This document shows, piece by piece, positions 1 to 12,177 of a stretch of DNA of 64,000 nucleotides. Both the position numbers and the translations under genes were made by a program. Origin of the DNA: Podarcis gaigeae. Taxonomy: Eukaryota. Each line of letters begins with the position of its first letter. Position 1 is the first letter of the stretch. The stretch lies in NCBI GenBank assembly GCA_964106915.2, contig OZ066914.1; one strand, written 5' to 3'. The notes under the pieces were generated by a model. That model worked only from the letters and a program-made list of their open reading frames with translations, searched no databases and was not told where the DNA came from.

Positions 1-418
1 AAGTGTAGTAATTGAGAATAGAGATTTCAGTAACAGAAGAGTGAAGCCCTCCCCACTCCTGATAATATCTGCTCCTTGATTTTCATACAATTTTCAGCAT
101 TACTTTGCTTTTTAATGATTGTATCCAGATGTGTTCTAGTAAGTCGTGTAAAGATGTTTCCACCTAAGAGAGAAAATTATGTAACTGGCAGGTAATTTAT
201 CAGTTTAAAAGTATAAAATATACTGTAAAGTTCTATTTAAAAAAAAGAGAGAGAGAGACCCCTGAGACTGAATGACTATGGAGCTGTTTTACCACTTTGG
301 TACCATTGACAGTCAAAACTCCTACATCCTTTCAAGTGCACTTTTCATTTGAATCATAGCTTCACAGTGCCTTTAACTATCTGACCATCTCCTTTGATAC
401 TCCCTTTCTCATACAGCT

Positions 419-1291
419 AGAATTTTGGGGTCATCCAATGAATCTGAATGTTGGAACATTCAGGAGAAACAATAAGAAGCACTTACTCACACAGTGTATA
501 ATTAAGCAATGGAAATTGCTCTAACATAACTACTGCATGTACGGGACGCGGGTGGCGCTGTGGGTTAAACCGCAGAGCCTAGGACTTGCCAATCAGAAGG
601 TTGACGGTTCAAATCCCTGCAACGGGGTGAGCTCCCGTTGCTCGGTCCCTGCTCCTGCTAACCTAGCAGTTTGAAAGCACATCAGAGTGCAAGTAGATAA
701 ATAGGTACCACTCCAGCGGGAAGGTAAACAGCATTTCCATGCGCTGCTCTGGTTCGCCAGAAGCGGCTTAGTCATGCTGGCCACATGACCCGGAAGCTGT
801 ACACCAGCTCCCTCGGCCAATAAAGCGAGATGAGCGCCGCAACCCCAGAGTTGGTCACAACTGGACCTAATGGTCAGGAGTCCCTTTACCTTTAACTACT
901 GCATGTAGTACAAGCAACAACCATCTTAGACGCATCCAACTGATGTGCAACCATCACACCGACCCCAGAAGTGGCTGTAAAAGGGGGTGGGTTGGGGGTG
1001 GAGTGGGCTTGCACGTGCTCTACTGACATGTGTGGGGTTCAGGAAAGCAAACCCCCACGCAAAACAGTTGTCGCCTGTTATAATCATGACTTGGACAGGG
1101 ATTGAGGCAAGTTCATAAGCTACGAACTACTTGAGAACCGGAGATTATATATACCTTTGAATGCCTGTTGTTGAAGTGTGAGTGGCAGAGAGCTATCACA
1201 CTCGGTTCCTTCCCATGTTCATCTGGTTGTGAGCACAGGATGCTGGTTTAGTTAGGTCTTTGTTCTGATCCATCAGTTCTCCCCTTATGCT
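419..1291 (+). mobile_element. Degenerate CR1 LINE 3' fragment, interrupted by a Sauria SINE
   Basis: CR1-like 3' sequence (ggggtcatccaatgaatctgaatgttggaacattcagg... and ...acaggatgctgg...ctgatccatcag...cttatg) lies on both sides of the SINE. Boundaries approximate. Confidence 0.55.
543..892 (+). mobile_element. Full-length Sauria SINE
   Basis: tRNA-derived head GGGACGCGGGTGGCGCTGTGGG...GGTTCAAATCC, characteristic body (gtgcaagtagataaataggtacc; gtcatgctggccacatgacc) and ccctttaccttt tail. Perfect 15-bp TSD taactactgcatgta at 527-541 and 893-907. Confidence 0.93.
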
Positions 1292-1345
1292 AAGTTTGTA
1301 CATTTTGAAATGATTTTAAAAGGAAGTACTGTTTCTTGCCCACAG

Positions 1346-1429
1346 TGATAATGCAGCAAAGGTAATGGTAGAGCTGCTGGGAAGTTACACAGAGGACAAT
1401 GCTTCTCAAGCCAGAGTTGATGCTCACAG
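1346..1429 (+). CDS. EIF3M: EIF3M coding exon (human exon 6 equivalent)
   Basis: cacAG acceptor, GTaata donor, 84 nt; encodes (S)DNAAKVMVELLGSYTEDNASQARVDAH(R), matching eIF3m. Confidence 0.96.
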
Positions 1430-1671
1430 GTAATATAAACATTACAAACTACATTTAGGATTGTTTCATGTGTTAATGGTCAGTGAAAGTTTCAGTAACA
1501 AGAAATGCAGCCCAAACATGCTAAATTCTTATTCCTCTCCCCACTCTCCAAATACTTTGCTTGCCACTTCAGATTTGTAGATGAATGGCAAGGGGTTTTG
1601 CTAAAACGTTTTGATGATGGTGAGAGCACAACCGGTAATGTGTGGGATGTGCAGGGATTCTTAACTGAATA

Positions 1672-1884
1672 CAGTCGTACCTTGGTTGTCAAATGGAATC
1701 CGTTCTGGAAGTCTGTTCAACATCCAAAAACATTTGACAACCAGGGTGCAGCTCAAGCGGAAACTGCATTGGGTGTTTGGCTTCCAAAAAACGTTCGCAA
1801 ACTGGAACACTCTCTTCCGGGTTTGCAGCATTCAGGAGCCAAAACATTCAAGTTGCAAGGCATTCGAGATCCAAGATACGACTG
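1672..1884. mobile_element. Tc1/mariner (Tigger/pogo-like) MITE
   Basis: TIRs cagtcgtaccttgg / ccaagatacgactg flanked by TA on both sides. Confidence 0.85.
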
Positions 1885-3390
1885 TACAAAATATCTCCCA
1901 CATCAGAATGCCTAAATGTCACCCTCTTACTTTTACGAAGTGGTTTTGTTGTTGTTGTTTGTATTTTAGCGATGGCCAAGACCTGTTGGTATAAGAATAA
2001 CCACCATGTCTAGAGTAGAAGAAAAGTTCAGTTGAAGTCTAAGTCTAAGACAGTTGTGCATTTCCTGTCCAATTCCTTTACAATTTCTGCCCAGACACAG
2101 AATCTGTGTGTATGAAACGGCAATTCTTTGACTTCTGCCTGGATCTTAGTGTTTGTAGAAAATACCAGTTGAATGCATCATCAACATTTTTAAACGTTAT
2201 CTGAGACTGTGTAAAATGCCTTTCCAATATCATTCTGTAGTTCATCTGCCCTTGCAGTGATGCATAGTTAGGGCACTTGGCTCTGCTGCTTATTGGGACC
2301 TCAGAGAAAAGTGCAAACCATGTAGATGTGTTTTTAAGGGTGCTTCCCCCCCCCCCAAAAAAAAACTATTCTACTGTTAGGGTTATGTTTGTTTGTTTGT
2401 TTGTTTAAGTTATACACTGAATAGATTTCTTCAAACAGGGAGATGTTCCATAATATTAAAGAAAACATACTCTACTTTGGACTCCTCTTGTAGCTGCCGT
2501 TGGTTTGGGTTTGTTATGAATGGAGCAGTTTGGAAAGGTTTATTAAGGGCAGTAGGGAGAAATACCAGCTTTGGTAGTTCTTCCAGGTAGTAGCAGCAGT
2601 GTGTCATATGTTATTATGGTGGAAAGTAGTGGGGGGAAGGGTTAAATTGCAGTTGATGCAAGTGTAACAGGCAGGAGGAAAGTGTCTCTGAGCAGGTACA
2701 GGAGGAACTAATATTTGGTATAGAAAGGAGATCAATCTGCAATTTTTTTGTTGGTTTCCAGTTCCCTCCATTTTGCATGAAAAGCAGTTAATACTTTACT
2801 GTAAGTCTACTTGATCTGTGAAGCAGAAAGCCAACTACAATAAAATATACGTAACTGTTGTCTGGGGCTGGTTCATTGCCAGCCACACAGCTAGCTCCCC
2901 ACCTTTTGGGGACAATGATAGCACAGAGAAAAGATTTTGTTCTGAATAGCCTTTTGTTTTCAGTAAATGTTCCTGCAAACTTAGACCTAAAAGTTTGGTA
3001 GGCATCCCTAAATATAGATGCATATTTAATTGTGTCATGGAAGGAGAAGACAATTGGGCAGGCTTGCTTTTATATATAGGTGTTACAGATGCACACCACT
3101 TCTTTCCCCTTACATCCCATAACATTTTCAGTGTTAGGCAAATCCCTCTCCCCCCCCCCCCCGGCTTCTTAAAGAGAACACTCAACTTTGATTAGTTTTT
3201 ATGCTGCTTTTGTTTGTTATCTCTTAACCCAATGTGTTTATATGTATTTATGTTGTATTTGTAAATACTGTTCAAGTGTTTTTGGAATACACTTTGATTT
3301 GGAGGTTGTTTTTGCAGAATGGTTTTTAAAAAGCTATTAAATTAACTAGAAATGCATTTTTTCTTCCTTACACTTTACTTTCCTAAATAG

Positions 3391-3490
3391 GTGTATTGTC
3401 CGTGCATTAAAGGATCCTAATACCTTTCTCTTTGATCACCTTCTCACCTTAAAACCAGTCAAATTTTTGGAAGGAGAACTTATTCATGAT
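3391..3490 (+). CDS. EIF3M: EIF3M coding exon (exon 7 equivalent)
   Basis: aatAG / GTaagt, 100 nt; [33 protein letters not shown]; phase matches neighbours. Confidence 0.97.
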
Positions 3491-3969
3491 GTAAGTATTA
3501 ATTTCTAAACTTAAATATTAACACTTGGCATGCTGCATGTGAGATAAAATTGCTTGACCATTTTAGTGGGATTTAATCACACATAAGTTATTTTGCATTG
3601 TTTATAGTGTCTAGGTTTGCATGTCATGCTAACCCTTGGTTTAGCGTGATGTGAACCATTAGGAAATAAGCCTTGAGCTAACTAGTTATCCTCCCCTCAC
3701 CCCTAGCTTCTGGAAGGAGTAGCTTAGAATATTTTGATTTTTCTTGTGTTTGATCACAGCTTGCCATGCTCAGATTAACAAATTGTAGTTAACATTAACT
3801 CAATCCCAATTGTATTAAATTCTTTAATTTCACCAGTAGGCACTTAGGCATTTCCTTCTTCCCACCCAATTGATAGGGCCCCCTCCCCCGGTTCAGTGTC
3901 TTAATGTGTTTGGGGATTTTCACCTTTGTCAATACCGCCCCGTACAGATTTTTGTTGTATTTTTACATA

Positions 3970-4385
3970 CCGTATTTTTCGCTCTGTACGACACACTTTT
4001 CCCCTACTAAAAAGTAAGGGGAAATGTGTTGGTGTCTTATGGAGCGAATGCAGGCTGCCTTCCGAAGCCTCCTTAGCGCAGCAGGAGTGTTCCTGCTGTG
4101 TTCAGGAGGCTTTGGGATGCTATCCCTGAAGCCAGGAGAGCAAGAAGCCAGGATCCCTCTTGCTGGCTTGGCTTGGCTTTGCTGGAGAGCCACTGCACAG
4201 CTTTCCCTCTCTGCTCAGCACCCCTTCAGCAAAGCGGCAGGAGAAACGGAGCCCCTTCCATTTCTCCTCCCGCTTTGCTGGAGAGGCGCTCCGCAGAGAG
4301 GGAGAGAACATTTTTTTCCTTGTTCTTCTCCTCTAGAACTAGGTGCGTCTTATGGTCGGTGCGTCTTATGGAGCGAAAAATGCGG
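3970..4385. mobile_element. Tc1/mariner (pogo/Tc2-like) non-autonomous DNA transposon
   Basis: TIRs ccgtatttttcgctc / gagcgaaaaatgcgg, TA TSD, repeated subterminal gtcttatgg motifs. Confidence 0.85.
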
Positions 4386-5492
4386 TATCTAAGGGATACC
4401 ACAAGTTTGCTGGTACTTCTTTCTTCAGCATTAGTCCCTACAGAAGCATAAGCACAGGAAATATGAATTTGTATTAGTAAATAGAAAAGTGAGACCAGTG
4501 TATCTTGGGGGGAGGGTGGGGTGGGTGTGACATAGTTGACATCAAATATTGAGTTCTTTCTCTAACCTGGTTCTGTCTTCATATGCATATTTTTAATTCT
4601 GTTTTTGAATGTTTAAAAGTGCAACCAGTCTTCATGCGTCAGTGGAGCGTGAAAAAGAAAGTGAAAGGTTTTGCCTGGGAGGAGCTTGGAAGGGGGCTGA
4701 TTAGCTTCACCACGGACTGGTGGAGTATTTTGCTATAATTTCCTCTTGGTACAGGGGGGCGGGTAAACACCCTGCCCAGTCTCCATTGCATTAAATGCTT
4801 TCAGTTTGACACCAATTTAACTTTTACTTCACCAGTTACCCCAGCATCCAACAGTCTCATGCAATAGAAACATATTTTTGAATAAGATGTTGAGGACAAG
4901 TGGCTCATGACCATCTTAAGTTTCCCATTTAACTCTAGTTAGTTAAAAGAAATCAAACCAAGATTTGATCCTAATTGGTTTTAGCTAACTAGACTTAAAA
5001 TAAACTGGGCTGTTAATTATGGTCTGCTTTTGGAAAGTATCCCCCCCCCTTAAAAAAAAATATTGGTTTACAATAATTTGTACGTAGCAGGAAACTGGTT
5101 TAGTCAAAAGGGAAAGTAGAAGCATTCACGCTCATTCTGATCTTTGCAGAGGAGGAGAAAGATGGGGAGTGGGAAGTGAGTTCAGTTTGCCACGGCTCCT
5201 TTACAATCATCCCTAACCTCGTGACGGGCAATCTGTGGCCCTTCAGATGCAGTTGGACTTTATCTTCTGTCATCCTTGAGTATTGGGCATTCCAATGGAG
5301 TTGATGAGAATTGGAGTCCAACAACATCTGGAGGGTCACAAGTGTCCTACCCCTTCTGTACACCATGGCAGCTTGAATTCAACCGGTATTTTCTGTTCTG
5401 TTCTCTAAATGAAATGTTCGGGAGACATCTGTTAAATTAGACCTGTTCATATCTTGTCGTGTTCTCACAATAGACAATTTCTTTCTTTGTAG

Positions 5493-5574
5493 CTTTTGAC
5501 AATTTTTGTTAGTGCCAAGTTAGCATCCTATGTCCGGTTCTATCAGAACAACAAGGACTTCATTGATTCTCTTG
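5493..5574 (+). CDS. EIF3M: EIF3M coding exon (exon 8 equivalent)
   Basis: tgtAG / GTaagt, 82 nt; LLTIFVSAKLASYVRFYQNNKDFIDSL(G). Confidence 0.97.
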
Positions 5575-5811
5575 GTAAGTTTTTTTCTTTCTTTTTTAAT
5601 GCACATTTGGTGTACCCAACACATATGGCTGTGATATAAATGTAGCTCAGCTACTCAGAAGGAAGTGCTGTGACTGGCCACTTGCTCTGCTGACTGTGTC
5701 TAGTTCCAGGATGAGTACCCTTTTTTGCCTTGTGGGCACAGTTACCCCTTACCAGCCATATGGTGGCTGCATACAGATTAGCTGAGGAGGGGGGAGTAAT
5801 GGCTGCTATCC

Positions 5812-5966
5812 CATAGCTGTCAACTTTCAGATTTGAAAATAAGGGATCAGCAGCCTCACCTGTCCCAGGGACACTCTACGGGATATCTAACAATCCAGGA
5901 TAGCAGCGGGAAACAGTGCTGGAATAAGGGAATTTCCTGCAAAAAGGGGGAAGGTTGACAGCTATG
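5812..5966. mobile_element. hAT MITE
   Basis: Perfect TIRs catagctgtcaac / gttgacagctatg; 8-bp TSD tgctatcc at 5804-5811 and 5967-5974. Confidence 0.92.
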
Positions 5967-6523
5967 TGCTATCCGCTTACCAAATGGTTGGTCTCATGAC
6001 CAGGGAGGGGGCAATTTGCATCCCCATCAGAGCACTGGGCTTCACCCACTCCAGTCCTGTTCCCCCAGTGCCTGCTAGCTCCAAAATGTATGGGGTCTAA
6101 AGGAGCCAGGAAAATTGCCTGCATGGAGCAGGGATCAGATCAGGCTCCTGAACTTGTGGTTTGCCACCCCTGGCCTCAGCATTTAAAGTTTCTTCTTGGG
6201 ATCTCCAGTCCTGTTTGAGATTTTGTCCACTCCTGCCTTCACCATTTGGAATGGATCCCACACTCCAAGGCACTCAGGCGCTTTACTGATCTGCAGGAGA
6301 GTTGTTCCCAGGGTGCTTATGTTCTACCACAATAGTGCTTTCTTTCCATTTGTGTGTGATTTTAGTTACATAATATCAAAAAATGTATCAGAATACAGTT
6401 TAGTTTGGCGACTGTTCATTCTGAATTGAATGCTTTTCTTTTGCTGTCTTTTGTGTTTGAACTGTGGTTTTCAAGCATCCTCTTGGAAAGACACAGGAAC
6501 AGTAAATCCTGTGGGAGCAGGTA

Positions 6524-6747
6524 CACTCATACCTCATGTTACGTTTGCTTCAGGTCGCGCGTTTTCAGGTTGCATCCCGTAGTGACCCGAAAGTACCAGA
6601 AAGGGTTACTTCCGGGTTTCGCCGCTCGCAAAATGACGTCATGCGCAGAAGCGGCAAATCACAACCCACGCAGATGCGGGTTGCGTTCTGCTCATGTTAC
6701 ATACGGGGCTCCGGAATGGATCCCGTTCGCAACCAGAGGTCCCACTG
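6524..6747. mobile_element. Tc1/mariner (Tigger-like) MITE, same family as 58961-59205
   Basis: TA-flanked imperfect TIRs cactcatacctc / gaggtcccactg; clear similarity to 58961-59205. Confidence 0.82.
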
Positions 6748-9700
6748 TATTATTATTGAATCTGCATTTCTAAACTGAAAATAGCCAGTTTGAGAATTCT
6801 GGCATCACTCCCAAGTTATATCCACTACGTTATTCATAGATGAGAGGTAGAGAGAGTAGATTTCCCAGTGTTTATTGTCTAAATGATTAAGAGCCCTGTT
6901 GTTGGAGTGAAGATAGCCTCCATCTTGTCTTCTTGCTTTTCTTCAGTTGGTCACATACTCCCCCTGTGCACTGAGCAAGCAGCAGTTATCAACAGTGCTG
7001 CATGAGTGTTGAGGGGGAAACCCAACATAGTGCCAGAGTGCTGCATAAATGACCTACCAAGCCTTGTGGGTGCAGCCCCATTTACACAAAGCTGGCAACG
7101 GATGTGCAGCAGAGAAACATGCAGGCTACTGCATGGGCGAGGTGCTGTTTGAGGAGCAACCAAACCCCCTTGTTGTAGGATCATTATGTGATTCAACCAC
7201 ATCTCCCTCTAACAAGGCTGAAGTACAATCAGATTGAGTACTTGCAAGTGTTCTTATGCAAGCTTAATCTTTTTGCAGATGCATTAAACCTTGCAAACCA
7301 CATTCTGTCCCGGTTAATATGTTTCATAGGATGAAGCTTTGTGATGGAATGTTAATGTCAGCAGCCTCTTTATTTACACACTGTGGAAAGAAAGGAGTAG
7401 TAATTAACACTTTGACACTCCCCCATTGATGTGTAATTGACTGTTTCAAAGGAGCACTGGTTCATAAGCTATTGCATGCATGAAAATTACTTTTTCTGTA
7501 TTGCAGCATTTTAGGACAAGGGTCAGTGACAATGCAAAAATTGTTCAATGATGCAAGCTTTTATATTATGACATTAAGGTTTAGATATACTGGTAATGAA
7601 TAAATGTTTCCATAAAATTGGGGTTTAAAAAAATAGTGACCAGAATGGAGGTTAATTTTATTTGAAAAGAAAAGGGTAATAGGCTTTAAAGCATACAAAT
7701 CTTTTTAGGACTAGGTAGAATCCTGAAAACAAAGGTGAACATTCCTCAATTTAAGATAGAAATTTTAGAAAGAGAAATATATTATTTTTCTTAGTGAAAA
7801 CAAAGAAAGCTTTTCAACTTTTGGTAGCTGATATAGTCACTGCTTGAATATTATAAAAGCATGCATGTGACTATAGTGCTCATTAAATATCAGGTATTTT
7901 TTTAAAAAAAATATGAGTAATGGAGCCTCTCCTAGGATGTTACCATAGATTAGATTGTGCCAATCAAGTGCATTCATAGGCAACTTGTTTCATTTGGGTG
8001 TAGTATAAACATAACAAATTCTTGTGCAATGGATTGAACCAACTAATCTACTATTAGTTATACTTCTAGTAAACCCATTGAAATAAATGGATTTAAGTAA
8101 CTTAGGTTCTTTGATTTCAGTGGATCTACTCTTGAGTATGACTTGGTCATCCATTGTCTGTGTGTGAAAATAATGTATTTTTTATGTATTTGAAATGCAT
8201 TCAGATATGGAGAATAGCACTGAACACATCTAATTCTTTTTGGGCCAACCGATTAAGCCAGCCCAAATTGGTGGGGTTTTTAAAAAAACTTTTATGGTAT
8301 TGGAAGTAATACTCTAAATGCTAGTATGCTTTTAAAAATATTTTCTATTTTTTACAAATTAATGTTTTCCCTTATTTTATCCCCCTGCTGATTTTATTTT
8401 TCTTCAAAATTAATAACAAGGCTTGCCGATCTAAATCATCTATTCAGCAAAAGCTCTCACAGGTGGCATCAGTTTGTTACAATGTGTTGTTTTATTAATG
8501 CTGACAAGTTAGGCCAACAGTTGTATTATCATGTGTCAACTGTGAATCGCCCTAACATGTTCACATTTAAATCTGGTAGTATGGGCAACCTTTTTACTTT
8601 AGCAGGGTAATTAACATCTCATTTGCATTTGTTAATTAGAGTTTATGAGCACTAATTGATTTTTTGTGCTTGTAGATTTCCATTAAAACCAGTTAGCTAT
8701 AGTTTCTGAAGCTCCCTATTCGCTTGAGTTATGATGATCACATTTTTGTTGAATTGGTGCCAGATAAATAGCCTTCATCATAATTACTGCTAATTAACAC
8801 AACATTATGTCTGGTAGTAATGTGCTTCCCTGCGCTTCTATTAGTCTAACAGTGTTATTAATTCCAAACATAAATATTTGTTGAGTGTTCAGGTTATCTC
8901 ATCCATACTTCTTTTCCAATGTCTGAAACTTTAAAGAGACTATTTTACAGAAATGTTATTCAACTATTTTGTAAAAAACAAATAACAAAGTAAATTTACA
9001 CCAACTTATTTTTTGTTTGCCATTTCATGTATTGCTGCATATTGTATTATATCCTTCCCCAACCTGGTGCCCTCCAGATGTTTTAGGACTAGAATTCCCA
9101 TCCACCTCAGGAGATGGGGAGAACTGCTGTAACATCACACTTTTGTATCCCAAGAACTTCACAATCAATAGCATTTGTAGAATTCAACAAGATGACATCC
9201 TGTTCCTCCCATGTAAATGCATAAAATACAAATTGGTCATAATATGGAATGAGTAATATCAACAAGAAACTGAATATATCTTCCATAAACTTACAACGTA
9301 TTTTGAAATCAGCTCTGTAACTACCCTAAGAATTAAGGACCGTAAGAGTTGACACTTGGAAAGTGAACCTCTTGCGGTGGAGATGGCAGGTCTGCCTCAG
9401 TATGTCTCACTTGTACTATAGAAGGGGATTGTTAACTGAGGTGTGTAGGGGGGGTGCAAGTAGTATGTTAGGTACTTAGTATCTCTTCCATGCTGCATAG
9501 ATGAAAGGGGCGGTAGGATCACACCTACTAACTCTGTCCTGACATTGGTGCAACATCTGTTAGATGAGTGTGCAAAGAAAAAATGTAGTTGCTTAAAAGC
9601 AGCCAGTCACAGAAGCACCAACTGTTTTTCATACAATGGTTAAGATTTCTTGGAAGCATTTTGGTTTTCCAAATATTACTTCATATCTAGCACTCTGCCA

Positions 9701-10015
9701 CTGCTGAGCACAGAACAGAAGCCAGCACCAGGTGACAAAGGAGGATGACCCTCAATCCTGAACAAATAGGCCTACTATTCTGCAAGAAGAAACAAACACA
9801 TTCTCTATCTTCACCTCCTGCATTCCGTTCTTAATGCAAACTGACCTTATCCACACCTCTTGGAATAAATTAAAGATCCAAACATAATACTGTAATCCTT
9901 CAGTTTTTATACTGTGAATTTTGCAATGCAGTTCTCCCAAAAAGTAACTAACTGCCTGACATGGATCAACAATTTCCTAGCAAAAACTTACACTGTAGTG
10001 TGATCTCTAATGCAG

Positions 10016-10159
10016 GTTTATTGCATGAACAGAACATGGCAAAAATGCGACTGCTCACCTTTATGGGAATGGCTGTGGAAAACAAGGAAATATCATTTGA
10101 CACTATGCAGCAGGAACTTCAGGTTGGAGCTGATGATGTTGAAGCATTTGTTATTGATG
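10016..10159 (+). CDS. EIF3M: EIF3M coding exon (exon 9 equivalent, PCI domain)
   Basis: tgcAG / GTaaga, 144 nt; (G)LLHEQNMAKMRLLTFMGMAVENKEISFDTMQQELQVGADDVEAFVID(A). Confidence 0.97.
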
Positions 10160-10889
10160 GTAAGAGAGGTTATATGATCATACTATGTGCAGGCTGATAA
10201 GAACTTTACTGGTACTGAAAACCTGTACAACAGTTAATGATTTGAAGCAGGCAGTTAGGAAGTCAAAGTCACCTTTTTGCTTCTTTTGGTAAAGTGCATC
10301 ATCACTGGTGTGGAAATTGCTTCACTGCAGTGAAGACCCAAACGGTGCCCATGCTATAATCCAGTAGCCAGTGTAAAGTCCTGAATTGGGTCATTTTGGG
10401 GTAGGGTCCCTTGTAGATTATCCAGACCCAATTTTTGGGTTCTTCAGGTATGCCAGCATGGAGTTGACAAGGGGAAGGGGAGCGTATTCCACCCTGGCAC
10501 GGATAGCAAACAGGATTGCTTTATTGTTGTAACCACAATTTGAATGCAATAGTTGGCTGTGCAGTGTTTCTTGTACTGTTTGGTGATATATTAGAAATCC
10601 ACCTTTTAATTGTTGCTCTTTGTTAAATTGCATGTGATTTCCAGTGAGAACCTTCTTGTAGAAAGTGCACATTGTACTCTCTTACATATAAAGCACTATG
10701 CAAGGCTTTCTGAAATACTTCCCCGTAGCCCTTTTTTCTGCATGCCATGGTATAATGACACAAATTGAACACCCGTTGAAAGGACATCCCTGCATTCACT
10801 TCAGTTCCAGGGGATTACTGAAGCTCTTATCAGTCAGGGTTTCAACACATGTTAAAAGAAATTCATCATAATTTATTTATTCTTTGCAG

Positions 10890-10950
10890 CTGTAAAGACA
10901 AAGATGGTGCATTGCAAAATTGATCAAACACAGAGAAAAGTAGTGGTCAG
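10890..10950 (+). CDS. EIF3M: EIF3M coding exon (exon 10 equivalent)
   Basis: tgcAG / GTgagt, 61 nt; (A)VKTKMVHCKIDQTQRKVVV(S). Confidence 0.97.
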
Positions 10951-11043
10951 GTGAGTCTTAAATCTTTTTGTGAAGCAACTTAGTGCAGTGCTAATTATAG
11001 CATTTAAACATCTGTTTAATATTTTTACTAGACGCAAGATATT

Positions 11044-11175
11044 NNNNNNNNNNNNNNNNNNNNNNNNNNNNNNNNNNNNNNNNNNNNNNNNNNNNNNNNN
11101 NNNNNNNNNNNNNNNNNNNNNNNNNNNNNNNNNNNNNNNNNNNNNNNNNNNNNNNNNNNNNNNNNNNNNNNNNNN
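11044..11175. other. Assembly gap (N run) in last EIF3M intron
   Basis: Run of N. Confidence 0.99.
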
Positions 11176-11393
11176 AAGAATACTAATGAGATTTGTCTGA
11201 GGTTTTTAAGTACTGATGAAGGCCGCAGAATACCAGACTAGCTGGTCTATAAAGCCTTGTTATAGAGGGTAAAACAGTTTTGTTTTCACATCTTATCTCA
11301 TGTTTTACTTTTTTCTGAATACATATGTACCGAAAATATGGTGCTTTTTTTGAAAGCAGAACTTTGATGCAATTCCTTTTACATTTGTTTTAG

Positions 11394-11514
11394 TCACAGC
11401 ACACATCGAACCTTTGGAAAACAGCAGTGGCAACAGCTGTATGATACACTTAACTTCTGGAAACTAAATTTGAATCAAGTGAAAAACAGTCTCCTTAGCT
11501 TGTCGGATACCTGA
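11394..11514 (+). CDS. EIF3M: EIF3M terminal coding exon
   Basis: tttAG acceptor; (S)HSTHRTFGKQQWQQLYDTLNFWKLNLNQVKNSLLSLSDT then TGA. Confidence 0.97.
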
Positions 11515-11591
11515 TTATTTGATGTAATATTTAGTTTGTATTGGATGGAAACTCAGCTATATTAAACCATTCAACTTAATTTTGTGAACTT

Positions 11592-11597
11592 TTTATT
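11592..11597 (-). terminator. Candidate CCDC73 polyadenylation signal AATAAA
   Basis: tttatt on + strand; the first canonical AATAAA I found downstream of the CCDC73 stop. A variant ATTAAA lies at 11778-11783. Confidence 0.45.
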
Positions 11598-11654
11598 GAA
11601 AATATCTAATTGGCTGAAATACATAAAATAACTTGAACTACAGGCTGATAAAGC

Positions 11655-11660
11655 AATAAA
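11655..11660 (+). terminator. EIF3M polyadenylation signal AATAAA
   Basis: Canonical hexamer about 140 nt after the stop, followed by a T/GT-rich tract (tgttcctctgttctgtttt). Confidence 0.7.
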
Positions 11661-11928
11661 CTTTAAACCAGAATGAATCCTGTTCCTCTGTTCTGTTTTA
11701 TAATCATAAGATCTTATATTCTGGCATAAAGAAGTAGGATAGTCATATCATTTTTATAAATGTGGTATTTTCTGACCTTTAATTGGTAACTTTCAAATGA
11801 AATAGCTATTCTAAAGTATTCTTTTTAAAAAACTAAGGTAGACAAACCTGCAGAAATGAAAGCAGTTTTCTTAATACATGACATTTGCTCATATATGTCC
11901 AGTCAAAGACTTTATCAAAACAATTACA

Positions 11929-12177
11929 TTATGCTTCTGCTTTATCTGCTGTTAATGTTTTTTCTGTATCTTCCTCATGCTTTCTCTTTCTTGGGTGGCC
12001 AAAACTTTTTAAATGCAGAAACCTTTCAATATTGTCAATTCGTGTTTTTATGAAGACATTTTGTGATTTCCAGTCTTTTTCTTCAGTGTTCTGTGAGCTC
12101 TGCTTTAAAATAGGTGCACTGACTTCTGAGAGTGGTTGAGAAGTCTTCTGTTGTCCTAATGGGCACTCTGTTGTGAC
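11929..12177 (-). CDS. CCDC73: CCDC73 terminal coding exon
   Basis: tttAG acceptor, phase 0; VTTECPLG...EEKDWKSQNVFIKTRIDNIERFLHLKSFGHPRKRKHEEDTEKTLTADKAEA*; resembles the human C-terminus (DDDWQSLI...QPKKRKAEETLEK). Not in the ORF track because it lacks a start codon. Confidence 0.88.
   Translation of the reverse strand, partial: VTTECPLGQQKTSQPLSEVSAPILKQSSQNTEEKDWKSQNVFIKTRIDNIERFLHLKSFGHPRKRKHEEDTEKTLTADKAEA

Noticed and set aside
1505-2013. Overlapping 78-136-aa ORFs in EIF3M intron 6
   Set aside because: They span a mariner-type MITE, with no recognisable domain or splice support.
9961-10015. Alternative ATG extending EIF3M exon 9
   Set aside because: The upstream codons are ordinary intron sequence; the canonical AG at 10014-10015 gives the conserved 144-nt exon.
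5575-11393. Intronic snoRNAs, as often hosted by translation-factor genes
   Set aside because: TGATGA boxes (e.g. about 8732 and 11214) lack a properly spaced CTGA and terminal stem by eye. An Infernal/Rfam scan would be decisive, and the N gap cannot be assessed.
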